Origin: Fidelibacterota bacterium
GTDB lineage: Bacteria > Fidelibacterota > Marinisomatia > Marinisomatales > Marinisomataceae
Direction: 5' to 3'
Assembly: GCA_017856055.1 (NCBI GenBank)
Contig: JAFMFP010000001.1
Coordinates: 17,237 to 81,236, forward strand
DNA: 64,000 nucleotides
Below, piece after piece: positions 42,476 to 52,531 of this stretch. The notes beneath the pieces were generated by a model, which ran no database searches, was not told the origin of the DNA, and worked only from the letters and a program-made list of their open reading frames with translations. The stretch's first letter is position 1. Each line of letters opens with the position of its first letter. The position numbers and the translations under genes are program-made.

Positions 42476-43153
42476 TTACTGATAATATATTAAATCTTCT
42501 TCAACATCAATACTTCTATACTTAAAGTCAGAAACAATGATTTTTATGGGTATTCCATTATCCAATGCCCTTAATTGCTCTAATTTTAATTTTTTTTCAT
42601 TTTCAGTCATAGAAAGCTGAATAAATTTTTCAAAGATTTCTTTTTTAAAAGCATAGATTCCTACATGTCTTAACAAATTCATTTTATCAACTGTTTCTCT
42701 GAAAAATTTAATCGCATAGTTCTCATCATCTATTAAGACTTTAACTACATTGGGATCACGAAAATCTTTAGCATCAATTATTGTAGATGCCAAAGAAGAC
42801 ATTCCTACTTGAGAATCTTCAAGTGATTCAATCAGTCGATCTATTAATTCTGGATCGATTTTAGGTTCATCTCCTTGAATATTTACTATAATATCATAAT
42901 CAATTTTCTGAACTGCCTCACCAACTCGATCTGTACCAGATTGATGAGAAATATTTGTTAAGATCACATCAGATGGATTAAAAAGTGAAGCAATCTCATT
43001 TGAATCAGTTGCAACGATTAACTTGTCAATTTTTTTTGAAAGTTGAGCTTGAGAAAATACATGCTCAATTATACTTTTACCTTCAATTTGATAAAGCAGT
43101 TTTCTGGGAAATCTAGTAGAACCTATCCTAGCTGGTATAACGCCAACAATCAC
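42476..43153 (-). CDS. kdsB: 3-deoxy-manno-octulosonate cytidylyltransferase (CMP-Kdo synthetase)
   Basis: 225 aa. VIPARIGSTRFPRKLL, SGTDRVGEA and NIQGDEP. Confidence 0.9.
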   Translation of the reverse strand: MIVGVIPARIGSTRFPRKLLYQIEGKSIIEHVFSQAQLSKKIDKLIVATDSNEIASLFNPSDVILTNISHQSGTDRVGEAVQKIDYDIIVNIQGDEPKIDPELIDRLIESLEDSQVGMSSLASTIIDAKDFRDPNVVKVLIDDENYAIKFFRETVDKMNLLRHVGIYAFKKEIFEKFIQLSMTENEKKLKLEQLRALDNGIPIKIIVSDFKYRSIDVEEDLIYYQ

Positions 43154-43458
43154 TTTTTTTCTTTTTTGACTACTTGCGGAACTGCAATATATCCATCAAG
43201 TGATTTTGGAAATATTTCTTGAAGAGATTCTATTTTTAGAGGATCCAAAGGCTTATCTTCTGTTAAATGAGTATTATGTCCATGGACATTGAACATAGGC
43301 TCAATTCCTTCTGTATCAATTTCGTTCAATAAATCCATATATTGAACTATTTCATTTAGCTCCTTGGTATATTTTTTTAGCTCATCTTCCGATAGATTTA
43401 ATTTTGAAAGTTGAGCAATTTTTTGAATTTCTTTTTTTGATAATTTTGCTTTTGACAT
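43150..43458 (-). CDS. gatC: Asp/Glu-tRNA(Asn/Gln) amidotransferase subunit C
   Basis: 102 aa. KIAQLSKLNLSEDELKKYTKELNEIVQYMDLLNEIDTEGIEP is the typical GatC pattern. Confidence 0.85.
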   Translation of the reverse strand: MSKAKLSKKEIQKIAQLSKLNLSEDELKKYTKELNEIVQYMDLLNEIDTEGIEPMFNVHGHNTHLTEDKPLDPLKIESLQEIFPKSLDGYIAVPQVVKKEKK

Positions 43459-43496
43459 TTTTAAAATTATAGAATAGCTATAAATAAATCAAAAAT

Positions 43497-44762
43497 TTAT
43501 TCATACCTCATAGAATCAATTGGATTTAATCTAGAAGCTTTTAACGCTGGATAAAGCCCAAAAATAATTCCCATTAAAGCACATATTCCTAAGCTGTAAA
43601 AAATCCAATTGAATGGAATTGTTGGGTCTTGCTGCAAGAAATAGGCTACAATATTCCCGAATGAGACTCCCAATATAATTCCTACTATTCCTCCAATAAT
43701 TGAAATCAGTGATGCTTCAATTAAAAATTGTAAAAATATATCGCTTTTTCTGGCACCTAAAGCTTTTCTTACGCCAATTTCTTTAATTCTTTCAGTCAAA
43801 GAGACTAACATAATATTAGCAATACCAATCCCAGCTACTAAAAGAGAAATTCCTGCCACTAAACCTATAAACATTTTTAAATAAGATGTAAAATCGCCAA
43901 ATGTTTCTTGCAACTGATCATTAGTAGCAAGATAAAAATTATTTTCAGCTCCGGGAGGGATTTTTCGAATAGATCTAAAGACTCCTATAGCTTCATCTGA
44001 GGCTTCATCAAGAGTTTCCATTGATTCTGATTCTAAAATCAACTGTAAATCTGCTCTTCTCCAACTGCGTCCACCAAAATATTTGAGGTAAGTAGATATA
44101 GGAATTCCAATAGTAGAGTCCATACTTTGTCCTAAGACTTTCCCTTTTGGGCTTAAAACGCAAATGACTTCAAACGGAATATTATCTATTTTGATGGTTT
44201 GACCAACAGGATTAGAGAATGGAAAAAGTTCTTCTTTTACATCATAACCAATCATTGCAACACGAGATGAGTTGTCAAGATCAATTTGACGAATACTTCT
44301 TCCATCGATAATGTTATATTTATATAGCGAAAGGATATCTCCATCACTCCCCCAAAGACTGCTTAGTCTATTTTTTAACTCTTCGCCTTCATATGAAATA
44401 GTTCGATCGCTGGGCTCTTCAGCAACTACAGCTGACATATTAGTTGTCAAAGTCAGTGAGCGCTTTAATTGTTCATATTCTGTCCATGTAATTCTAGGTT
44501 TATTTCTTGCCCCACTATGCCTAGCTCCAAAGGATATTTCAGTTGGGTTATCTCTTGTGATATAAAAAACATTGGTCTTCATTTCACTAACTAGACCATC
44601 TGTAGCTTTTTGAAAAGTTGCCAACACAGTCATAATTGCGATAATTGAAGAGACGCCGACTGTGATGCCTAATAATGTTAGCGCTGTACGAAGTTTTGTT
44701 TGGCTAAAATAGTAGAGTACTCCACCAATTGCATCAGATAAATAATTAAATACTCTATTCAT
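43497..44762 (-). CDS. ABC transporter permease, MacB/FtsX-like
   Basis: 421 aa. N-terminal TM, a periplasmic MacB_PCD-like domain, and a C-terminal FtsX 3-TM block (ERIKEIGVRKALGA). Confidence 0.88.
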   Translation of the reverse strand: MNRVFNYLSDAIGGVLYYFSQTKLRTALTLLGITVGVSSIIAIMTVLATFQKATDGLVSEMKTNVFYITRDNPTEISFGARHSGARNKPRITWTEYEQLKRSLTLTTNMSAVVAEEPSDRTISYEGEELKNRLSSLWGSDGDILSLYKYNIIDGRSIRQIDLDNSSRVAMIGYDVKEELFPFSNPVGQTIKIDNIPFEVICVLSPKGKVLGQSMDSTIGIPISTYLKYFGGRSWRRADLQLILESESMETLDEASDEAIGVFRSIRKIPPGAENNFYLATNDQLQETFGDFTSYLKMFIGLVAGISLLVAGIGIANIMLVSLTERIKEIGVRKALGARKSDIFLQFLIEASLISIIGGIVGIILGVSFGNIVAYFLQQDPTIPFNWIFYSLGICALMGIIFGLYPALKASRLNPIDSMRYE

Positions 44763-45990
44763 GTCTCAAAGCATCTATAGGATTAAGATTAGCTGCATTT
44801 CTGGCAGGAATCATTCCTGCGGTAATTCCAATAAATACACATACTAAAAAAGTATAAAAAATCAACAGCAAATCAAACGAGACTGGGAGAAATGTAGCAA
44901 GTACTAACGTTAATAATTTGACAAGAATGATTCCAGCTAGACCTCCAATAATTGAAATTGTTACGGCTTCACTCAAAAATTGCACTAGAATATTTCTACT
45001 TGTTGCACCCATAGCTTTTCTTAAACCAATTTCTTTAGTTCGCTCTTTAACTGAAACAAACATAACATTCATTATTCCAATAGCGGAAACAATTAAAGAA
45101 ATTCCTGTTACTAAAAATCCTACTCCAGCAATAGCAATTTTCAGGCTATCAAATTGCTCTTTGTATGCATCTGCAGAATTGACTGCAAAATTATTTTCTT
45201 CGTCTGGTTTAAGTTTTCGGGCAACTCTCATAATCATTTCTGCTTCTTCTTTAGCTATAGCCATCTGTTCAGGCTTGGTTTTAAGAACTAGTTCATCGAA
45301 ACCCCATCTCGTTAAGATTCTTTTAAAAGTTGTTGAAGGCATAATTACAAGATTATCTAATGTACCACCAGGAACCATTCCCATGCCTTGTTTTTTCAAC
45401 TCTCCGATAACTTCGAAAGAAACTCCGCCTAGTCTAATGGTCTTACCAATTGGATCCTGACCATCAAAAAAGCCATCTCTAACCGTTGCACCAACAATAA
45501 TTACTCGACGTTGTAAATCCCATTCATTTTGAGAGAAAAATCTACCATTTTCTATTTTTGTTCCACTCAACATGTCCTGATAACTAGGATACACTCCATT
45601 AATTTGTAACCAAGATGCAGTATTTCCATATGAACCACGTATCCAAGTTGTTTTTCTCAAGCTCACATCATCAATGTATTCACTATATTGAGTAATATAT
45701 TGCAGATTATCTTCTTCAATTCTAGGGCGATTTCTATATTTCCACCAATCAAAATTAAATGACCAAGGCCATGTTGATACATATAATTTGTCATTTCCAT
45801 AATATGCCATCGATTTTTCAAATTCTTTATCTATACTGGAAACTCCAGCTGTAATGATACTCACTGTAAAAATCCCAATAGTAAGCCCCAGTGAAGTAAG
45901 AAAAACTCTAGTAGGATTTGACTTTATTGCCCTTAGACCAATTGCAATATTTTGAAAAATGTTACTCATCTTTAGAAATTTTTCCATCAA
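44755..45990 (-). CDS. ABC transporter permease, MacB/FtsX-like (second copy)
   Basis: 411 aa with the same architecture ([14 protein letters not shown]). A more likely start is the ATG at 45969, giving an ATGAGTAA overlap with the ATPase stop. Confidence 0.88.
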   Translation of the reverse strand: MMEKFLKMSNIFQNIAIGLRAIKSNPTRVFLTSLGLTIGIFTVSIITAGVSSIDKEFEKSMAYYGNDKLYVSTWPWSFNFDWWKYRNRPRIEEDNLQYITQYSEYIDDVSLRKTTWIRGSYGNTASWLQINGVYPSYQDMLSGTKIENGRFFSQNEWDLQRRVIIVGATVRDGFFDGQDPIGKTIRLGGVSFEVIGELKKQGMGMVPGGTLDNLVIMPSTTFKRILTRWGFDELVLKTKPEQMAIAKEEAEMIMRVARKLKPDEENNFAVNSADAYKEQFDSLKIAIAGVGFLVTGISLIVSAIGIMNVMFVSVKERTKEIGLRKAMGATSRNILVQFLSEAVTISIIGGLAGIILVKLLTLVLATFLPVSFDLLLIFYTFLVCVFIGITAGMIPARNAANLNPIDALRHE

Positions 45991-46645
45991 AGATTTCGAC
46001 TTTTCTTTTCGCTCTTTTGGCTACTGAATCTTCGTGAGTAACAACAATAATTGTATTGCCAGCTTGATGGAGTTCATCAAAAAATTTTAAGATTTCCAAT
46101 CCGCTCTTTGAGTCTAAATTACCTGTTGGTTCATCAGCTAAAATGATAGAAGGACTATTAACGAGAGCCCTTGCAATTGCAACTCTCTGTCTTTGACCGC
46201 CAGAAAGTTCATTCGGTTTGTGATCTAATCGATTCCCTAAACCTACTGAATTAAGAGCATTTTTAGCTTTTGAAATTCTTTCAGACTTTGATAAAGAAGA
46301 ATAAATTAAAGGTACCTCGACATTTTGAACAGCATTTAGCTTTGGTAATAAGTTAAAAGTTTGAAATACAAAACCAATTTTCTGATTTCTAATTTTTGCT
46401 AAATCTGAATCTGTCATTTTATCAATTTCAATATTATCTAATTTATATGTCCCCTTAGAAGGTACATCTAGACAACCAATAATATTCATTAAAGTTGATT
46501 TTCCAGAACCTGATGGACCCATAATAGAAATAAAATCATTTTCGAAAATTTTTAGAGAAACATTATCTAAAGCTTTAACAACGTTATCTCCTAATTGATA
46601 AATCTTAGAAATTGATTCAATGGAAATAATTTCTTTTTTACTCAC
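45962..46645 (-). CDS. ABC transporter ATP-binding protein (MacB/LolD-type)
   Basis: 227 aa. [24 protein letters not shown] and [11 protein letters not shown]. Confidence 0.93.
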   Translation of the reverse strand: MSKKEIISIESISKIYQLGDNVVKALDNVSLKIFENDFISIMGPSGSGKSTLMNIIGCLDVPSKGTYKLDNIEIDKMTDSDLAKIRNQKIGFVFQTFNLLPKLNAVQNVEVPLIYSSLSKSERISKAKNALNSVGLGNRLDHKPNELSGGQRQRVAIARALVNSPSIILADEPTGNLDSKSGLEILKFFDELHQAGNTIIVVTHEDSVAKRAKRKVEIFDGKISKDE

Positions 46646-47882
46646 GATTTCTTCTATTGAAATTTTGACTTTCTTTTAGTTGTACTTTGGCTCCATCATA
46701 TAATTCTCTACTGATAGCAACAAAACTTCCAGAAACCACCTGCTCTCCTTCTTCTAGACCTTCAATGACTTCATAATCTCTTTCGCCAACAATACCAACT
46801 TTAACATTTCTTTGTTCAACAACATTATTACCATAAACAAAAACAACAGTGCTTTTGGGTTGATTGGAACCGCCTCTCATCATTGAGAAATTAGGTCTCT
46901 GGCCACTAGAAGCAGTTTCAACTTTCACTCGAGATTTTTTCTCTTTCGATGGCTTGGGTCTTGGAGTTGTTAAAGATTGAATTGGGATACTTAAAGCTCC
47001 CTCTCTTTCCTCAGTAATAATCTCAACAGTAGCACTCATTCCCGGTCTCATCCCATCCACTACTTCTAGCATTTGAATCTTGACTTCAAAATTGGTTACT
47101 TGCTGTTGAGAACCTCCACTAGAAGTAGTGGATGCATAAGCAACTTCCTTTACAATCCCCTTAAATTTTTTATCTTTAAAAGCATCGACTTCAACAATAG
47201 CAGAATCATTGATTTCAATTTCAGCAATGTCATTTTCATTGACATTTACATTCACTTCCATTTGATTTAAATCTGCAAGCTTGATCAGGACTCTTGGATT
47301 AAACATCCCACCCTGAGCTAAATCTCCAATTTCTCCTTCAACAAAAGTAATTGTTCCATCCTGTGGCGCAATTAAACGTAATTTTGAAAGAGAGTCTTCA
47401 TCCATAATGAGCCTAGATTTTGCATTATTGAATGCGCTCAATGCAGATGCATAAGAAGAATTGGTTGCTTCCATTTCCTGATCAGATATCAGTCCTTGTT
47501 CGTAAAGTTTATTTTGTCTCTTTTGTTGGGAAGCTCTTTGATCTAATTGCACTTTCGCTGCATCTAAACTGGCTCTAGAGGCTTCGGTTTGAGCTCTTTG
47601 TTGCTCCTCATCTAGAGACATTAAGAAGTCTCCCTTTCTAACTTTATCACCTTCCTTAACTGCAATATCGGTAATATATGTAGTATTATTTGCACTGAGC
47701 TTTACCTCGGTTTCAGGTTGCAAGATTCCGTCAGCAACAACTTTACTTGAAAGATTTTTTCTTTCTACAGAAATTGTAGTTACTTGTATTAATTCTTCTT
47801 TATTTCTTGAAGAAAAGAAAAGAACAACAATGATAAGAAGTATTGCTGCTAATCCTATTTGAATTTTCCTATTTTTAAACAT
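46638..47882 (-). CDS. efflux periplasmic adaptor (MacA/HlyD family membrane fusion protein)
   Basis: 414 aa. N-terminal TM anchor, lipoyl-like and coiled-coil hairpin regions, and beta-barrel domains. It sits in the operon between the TolC-like and ABC genes. Confidence 0.85.
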   Translation of the reverse strand: MFKNRKIQIGLAAILLIIVVLFFSSRNKEELIQVTTISVERKNLSSKVVADGILQPETEVKLSANNTTYITDIAVKEGDKVRKGDFLMSLDEEQQRAQTEASRASLDAAKVQLDQRASQQKRQNKLYEQGLISDQEMEATNSSYASALSAFNNAKSRLIMDEDSLSKLRLIAPQDGTITFVEGEIGDLAQGGMFNPRVLIKLADLNQMEVNVNVNENDIAEIEINDSAIVEVDAFKDKKFKGIVKEVAYASTTSSGGSQQQVTNFEVKIQMLEVVDGMRPGMSATVEIITEEREGALSIPIQSLTTPRPKPSKEKKSRVKVETASSGQRPNFSMMRGGSNQPKSTVVFVYGNNVVEQRNVKVGIVGERDYEVIEGLEEGEQVVSGSFVAISRELYDGAKVQLKESQNFNRRNRE

Positions 47883-47892
47883 ATAGATCTCC

Positions 47893-49170
47893 TTACTGAT
47901 ATTTTTTGTCTAGAGTACCCAATAATCTATCTAAGTTAGCCACTTGAATTGCGGCATCATACTTAGTAGTAATAAGCGATGAACTGGCCTGAATCAATGC
48001 CAATTGAGCATCAAGAAATTCTAGGATACTAGCAGACCCTAATTCGTATTTATTTTGTGCTAGCTTCAAATCCTCTTCAGCAGATTTTAAAACTTCTTCT
48101 TGAATTGGTATAATTTCTTGAAAATTGTTTAATGTATTAATTAGTTGGTACAGATCAACTTTTGAATCTTTTAAAGCTGATCCATACCTGGATTCTGATT
48201 GATTCAAGCGAATTTTTGATATTTGTACATTATTGCTATTTCTAGAACCTGTAAAAATTGGGATGCTAAAGGTTAAATTAGCATTTTTGATATAATTATC
48301 ATTAAAAAATTCTGATGAAATCGAGGCATCTGAAACTGCATTCATTCCAATGCTAAGCCTTACTGAAGGCAAAAGACCTGCCCATGATTGTTGAACATTA
48401 ATTTTAGAAGATACTATTTGACGATCTAAAATATTCAAATCAGGATTATTGGAAATCATCAATGCTAAGGCCTCTTGATAACTAGGCACCACAAAGAAAA
48501 TGTCTACTTTTTTAGGTAGCTGTATTGAAATGTTTGAATCAATCAAACCCATACTATTTAGAAGCCTATTAAATGAATTATCTTTATTTAGCTTTCTTGA
48601 AAGCAGGTTAGATTTTGCAGTTCCGAAACGAACGGATGCTTTTAAAAAATCTGTTTTACTAACAGCTCCAAGATTATATTGTTCTTCAACTAATTCTAAT
48701 TGTTTTTCAGATAGAGAAAAATCTTTACTAGCTATTTCTAGCAATTCTGAATCCTTTAAAAATTGATAATAGCTGGAATAAACATTAAATATAATATTTG
48801 CTCTAGTTCCTCTTTCCTGAAGCTTGGAAATCAAAAGATTATTTCTACCACCTCTAACATCTTGAAGATTACTACCAAAATTAAAAATATTTTGAGACAA
48901 GCTGATTCCTGCAGAATATTGTTCAACAATGTTGCTAGAATTACCATAAGTAGTTTCTCTAAAACTATTTGTAGCACTCACAGAAGGTAGAATCGCAGAT
49001 AGGGATGAAAATTGATTTAACTTTGCAATTTTAACATCTTGTTCTGCAACTCTGATAGAAGATTTGTTATCTAGGGCGATTCTTACGCATTCATCAATTG
49101 ATAATGATTGAGCAACAATAGTACTGAGAACAATAGCTAATAAACTTAAAAACTTAATTATTTTTCTCAT
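47893..49170 (-). CDS. TolC-family outer membrane efflux protein
   Basis: 425 aa. Signal peptide and two OEP-type repeats. First gene of the efflux operon. Confidence 0.85.
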   Translation of the reverse strand: MRKIIKFLSLLAIVLSTIVAQSLSIDECVRIALDNKSSIRVAEQDVKIAKLNQFSSLSAILPSVSATNSFRETTYGNSSNIVEQYSAGISLSQNIFNFGSNLQDVRGGRNNLLISKLQERGTRANIIFNVYSSYYQFLKDSELLEIASKDFSLSEKQLELVEEQYNLGAVSKTDFLKASVRFGTAKSNLLSRKLNKDNSFNRLLNSMGLIDSNISIQLPKKVDIFFVVPSYQEALALMISNNPDLNILDRQIVSSKINVQQSWAGLLPSVRLSIGMNAVSDASISSEFFNDNYIKNANLTFSIPIFTGSRNSNNVQISKIRLNQSESRYGSALKDSKVDLYQLINTLNNFQEIIPIQEEVLKSAEEDLKLAQNKYELGSASILEFLDAQLALIQASSSLITTKYDAAIQVANLDRLLGTLDKKYQ

Positions 49171-49243
49171 AGGGCGTTAATATACATATATATTCTATTC
49201 TTTCAACATGATAATTTGATAATAAAAACTAAAAAAAGTAAAA

Positions 49244-50668
49244 TTAAAAATTATTATTTTTTTTAATTTGACTTAAAAATTCAATCCCTGCAGAATATGA
49301 ATTTTTGATGTCTCCATTTAGAATTGCCTCTTCAACCATTGATTTTATTTTTCCTACCTTTTTACCAGGTTTTAATGAAAAAAGTTTCATGATTTCTTCT
49401 CCGCTAACAGGGGATTGAAAATTTCTCAATTTATCAGTTTCTATAACTTCAGAGATTCTGTCTTCAACGTGCTTAAAATTATTCATATACTTTACCATAT
49501 TATTAATATTTTTTGTTGTAACATCAGCTCTACAAAGCTTCATCAAGTCCTCTATTTCATTTCCTGCTTCAACAATTAGTCTGCGAATCGCGGAATCAGT
49601 TACTTCTTTACCAGCTAAAGCAATAGGACGAAGATGAAGAGCAGTTAATTTTGTTATGTAATCACATGTTTTGTTGGATATCTTCATCCTTTTACAAATT
49701 TCTTTTAACATTCTTGATCCAACATCATCATGGCCATGGAATGTATATCCTTTTTGTTTGTGGATTCTTCTCGTTTTTGGCTTTCCAATATCATGAACTA
49801 AAGCAGCTAATCTTAAATCTATCTTCGATGTTGATTCAACTATATTATCTACAACATCTAATGTATGATAAAAAATATCTTTATGATGATATTCAGGATT
49901 TTGATCAAGTCCCTTCATTACGTCTATTTCAGGAAAAATAATTTCTAATAACCCGACCTCTTGAAGAAATATAAATCCAATTGAAGGTTTAGAAGTGCTG
50001 AGAATTTTAAAAAGTTCATTAGTAATTCTCTCTTGAGAAACAATCTCTATTCTATTTCGATTCTTTTTAATTGCTTCTATCGATTTGGGATCGATTTGCA
50101 ATTGAAGTTTCGCTGCAAAATAAGCAGCTCGAATCATTCTTAGCGGATCATCAATGAAAGTTTGATTGGGATCTGCCAACGGGGTTCTTAAAACTTGATC
50201 TTTTAAGTCTTTAAGACCATTAAAGGGATCAATGAGTGATCCAAAATTATTTTCATTCAAAGCAATCGCCATAGCATTTACAGTAAAATCTCTTCTGATT
50301 AAATCTTCTTCAATCCTTGTTAAAATAATTTTTGGCTTTCTTGAAGACTGATCATATTCTTCCTTTCTTGAAGAAGCCACTTCAATTTCAAACTTCTTGT
50401 AGGGAATTTTTGCAGTTTTAAAATTTTCAAAAGGAACAATGGTTTTAACGCCTAATTTTTCTGCTAATTTTCTTGCAAAATCAATTCCATCTCCTTCAAC
50501 CATAATATCGACATCATAGGAAGAATTGCTAGGGTCTATAATTAGATCTCTAACACATCCACCAACTAAATATGCAGGGATATTTATAGAATTGGACAAT
50601 TCAGCAATAGTTCTTGAAATGGTTTCAAGCTTTTGATTTTTCTTTAAAATATCAATAATCTTTGTCAT
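49244..50668 (-). CDS. cca: CCA-adding tRNA nucleotidyltransferase / poly(A) polymerase family with HD domain
   Basis: 474 aa. YLVGGCVRDLI...DVDI head domain and HD motif HHKDIFYHTLDV...LVHDIGKP. Confidence 0.8.
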   Translation of the reverse strand: MTKIIDILKKNQKLETISRTIAELSNSINIPAYLVGGCVRDLIIDPSNSSYDVDIMVEGDGIDFARKLAEKLGVKTIVPFENFKTAKIPYKKFEIEVASSRKEEYDQSSRKPKIILTRIEEDLIRRDFTVNAMAIALNENNFGSLIDPFNGLKDLKDQVLRTPLADPNQTFIDDPLRMIRAAYFAAKLQLQIDPKSIEAIKKNRNRIEIVSQERITNELFKILSTSKPSIGFIFLQEVGLLEIIFPEIDVMKGLDQNPEYHHKDIFYHTLDVVDNIVESTSKIDLRLAALVHDIGKPKTRRIHKQKGYTFHGHDDVGSRMLKEICKRMKISNKTCDYITKLTALHLRPIALAGKEVTDSAIRRLIVEAGNEIEDLMKLCRADVTTKNINNMVKYMNNFKHVEDRISEVIETDKLRNFQSPVSGEEIMKLFSLKPGKKVGKIKSMVEEAILNGDIKNSYSAGIEFLSQIKKNNNF

Positions 50669-50696
50669 TGTTTAAATTAAAAGATATCTTCTAAAT

Positions 50697-51539
50697 ATGT
50701 TAAAAAAACTACAAAGTCTTTTTTATTATTTGATTTTCATCTCCTTTGTCTTTGGACAATTTAAAACTGTCAATGTTGAATTCGATGATCGCCTTTTGAG
50801 AAACGATGAAAAAAATCAGTTACTCTTTTTGAAATCTAACATTAAAAATTTTTATGAAATCTCATCGTGGAATAATGATTATTCAGACTTAGAGCTTCTA
50901 ATTGATATCCAAATCATTTTTGAAGGAAGTTCAATTTCTGGAAGCGATCAAACATTTGGAATTCAATCTCTTTTTACGAACAATAATGACATTCACTTTT
51001 TTGATAAAGGGGCTCAATTTTCATTGTCACAAACTAATAATCTGTCTTTAGAAGATATAAATTCAGATCCCCTTTCAGTTTTATTGAGCTATTATGGTAA
51101 TCTCATACTTGGAGCTGAACTTGATTCTTGGGAGCCTCTTGGAGGATCAACTCATTACGAAAAAGCACGATTAATTGCAGTAAAGGCTCTAGGGTCAAAT
51201 TTCCCTAGAGGATGGGAACAAAGATTGCAGAATGTGAACCTTTTAGCAGAAAATAATGGGCTTAGAAAACTTCGATACTCGTCTTATGCATTATATGAAT
51301 ATTTTAACTTAGGAGAAATTGATCAATGTGTTGTCATTCTAGAAAATATAATTTTGCATCTGAAAGAAATAGCATTGAATTATAATCAAGAAAACTATAC
51401 TAATTCATTTATGAATTTTCATGGAATCAAAATTGGTGAAATTATGAGAAAGCTTGGACAAAAAGAGTTATTAACTCAGCTGAGTTACTATGATCCAGCT
51501 AGAAGAATCGCTTATGAAAATTTTCTTAATGATATTTGA
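50697..51539 (+). CDS. secreted DUF4835-like protein
   Basis: 280 aa. Signal peptide. LSVLLSYYGNLILGAELDSWEPLGGSTHYEKARLIA resembles, from memory, the central DUF4835 block of Bacteroidetes proteins. Confidence 0.5.
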   Translation: MLKKLQSLFYYLIFISFVFGQFKTVNVEFDDRLLRNDEKNQLLFLKSNIKNFYEISSWNNDYSDLELLIDIQIIFEGSSISGSDQTFGIQSLFTNNNDIHFFDKGAQFSLSQTNNLSLEDINSDPLSVLLSYYGNLILGAELDSWEPLGGSTHYEKARLIAVKALGSNFPRGWEQRLQNVNLLAENNGLRKLRYSSYALYEYFNLGEIDQCVVILENIILHLKEIALNYNQENYTNSFMNFHGIKIGEIMRKLGQKELLTQLSYYDPARRIAYENFLNDI

Positions 51540-52531
51540 GAAAATTTTCTTTTAAAAAAGAAGTAATAATCAATGGCAATACTCCCTTGATATAAACTCA
51601 CCTTTCCATTATCAAGACTCTTCTTTCTATTGAGGATAATTTTGGGAAAATTGAACAATACAAAACATAATGAAAGTATAATAGCTAAAAATCTCGACCA
51701 ATCCAACCTAACCATTGAGTAAACTAAAGCCAAAATATCTAAAATAAATCGCTTGAAAATCATTGTTCCATAATGAAACGTTTCAGAATTTTTTAAAAAT
51801 AGAATCCAGGAATTGCGGTGATTTAAGAAATTAGATTTGATGCTACCTTTCTTAATAGTCATTTTACCATGATGATAAATTACCGATGAAGGATCAACCC
51901 AAATTTCGAACCCTTTTTTTTGTAATCTCCAGCAAAAATCTATCTCTTCCATGTATGCAAAATAATCTTCGTCAAAGCCATTGAGTTCTTCGAATAAATT
52001 TTTGTAAGTCATTAAAGCCGCACCAGATGCCCAAAAAATTTTTACGGGAGCATCATACTGTTTTACATCTTTCTCAATAGAATTAAATATTCTTCCACGA
52101 CAAAATGGAAATCCATAACTATCAAGAAATCCTCCTGAAGCACCAGCATAATCGAAAATGTTTTTATTTTTAATATTTCGAATTTTGGGTTGAATAGCGC
52201 CAACAAATGAGTGGTTTTCTAAAAATAAAATTAATTTTTCAATCCATCCTTTCGAATGAATTGTATCGTTGTTTAGAAATAGCAAGAACTCTCCTGAAGC
52301 ATTCAAAGCACCAATATTGCATGCCTTACTAAAACCATAATTTTTTGCGTTATTTATTATCGTTGTCTTTTTAAAGTCATTGGCTAGAGATCTCACTGAA
52401 TCATTAATAGGCCCATTATTCACTACTATGATTTCGTAATCATCAATTGAGGTGTTCTCTTGAATTGAATTAATGCAAGCATAGAGAAGCTCTTTACTAT
52501 TCATATGAGGAATGATAATTGATAATTTCAA
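51512..52531 (-). CDS. family 2 glycosyltransferase with C-terminal hydrophobic segments
   Basis: 339 aa. LSIIIPHMN, NNDT (DxD-like) and EEIDFCWRLQKKG. Two C-terminal hydrophobic stretches (ILDILALVYSMV and FLAIILSLCFVLFNF). Confidence 0.88.
   Translation of the reverse strand: MKLSIIIPHMNSKELLYACINSIQENTSIDDYEIIVVNNGPINDSVRSLANDFKKTTIINNAKNYGFSKACNIGALNASGEFLLFLNNDTIHSKGWIEKLILFLENHSFVGAIQPKIRNIKNKNIFDYAGASGGFLDSYGFPFCRGRIFNSIEKDVKQYDAPVKIFWASGAALMTYKNLFEELNGFDEDYFAYMEEIDFCWRLQKKGFEIWVDPSSVIYHHGKMTIKKGSIKSNFLNHRNSWILFLKNSETFHYGTMIFKRFILDILALVYSMVRLDWSRFLAIILSLCFVLFNFPKIILNRKKSLDNGKVSLYQGSIAIDYYFFFKRKFSQISLRKFS

Noticed and set aside
44918-45460. Long antisense ORFs in the track: 180 aa here, plus 12531..12950 (139 aa), 11579..11908 (109 aa), 8822..9079, 10038..10259 and 62051..62497.
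   Set aside because: Each lies entirely inside, and antisense to, a confidently identified conserved gene (ABC permease, atpF, atpA, atpD, atpG, phosphohexomutase). Their translations are low-complexity and S/L/P/T/I-rich. This is the usual artefact of stop-codon depletion opposite biased coding frames.
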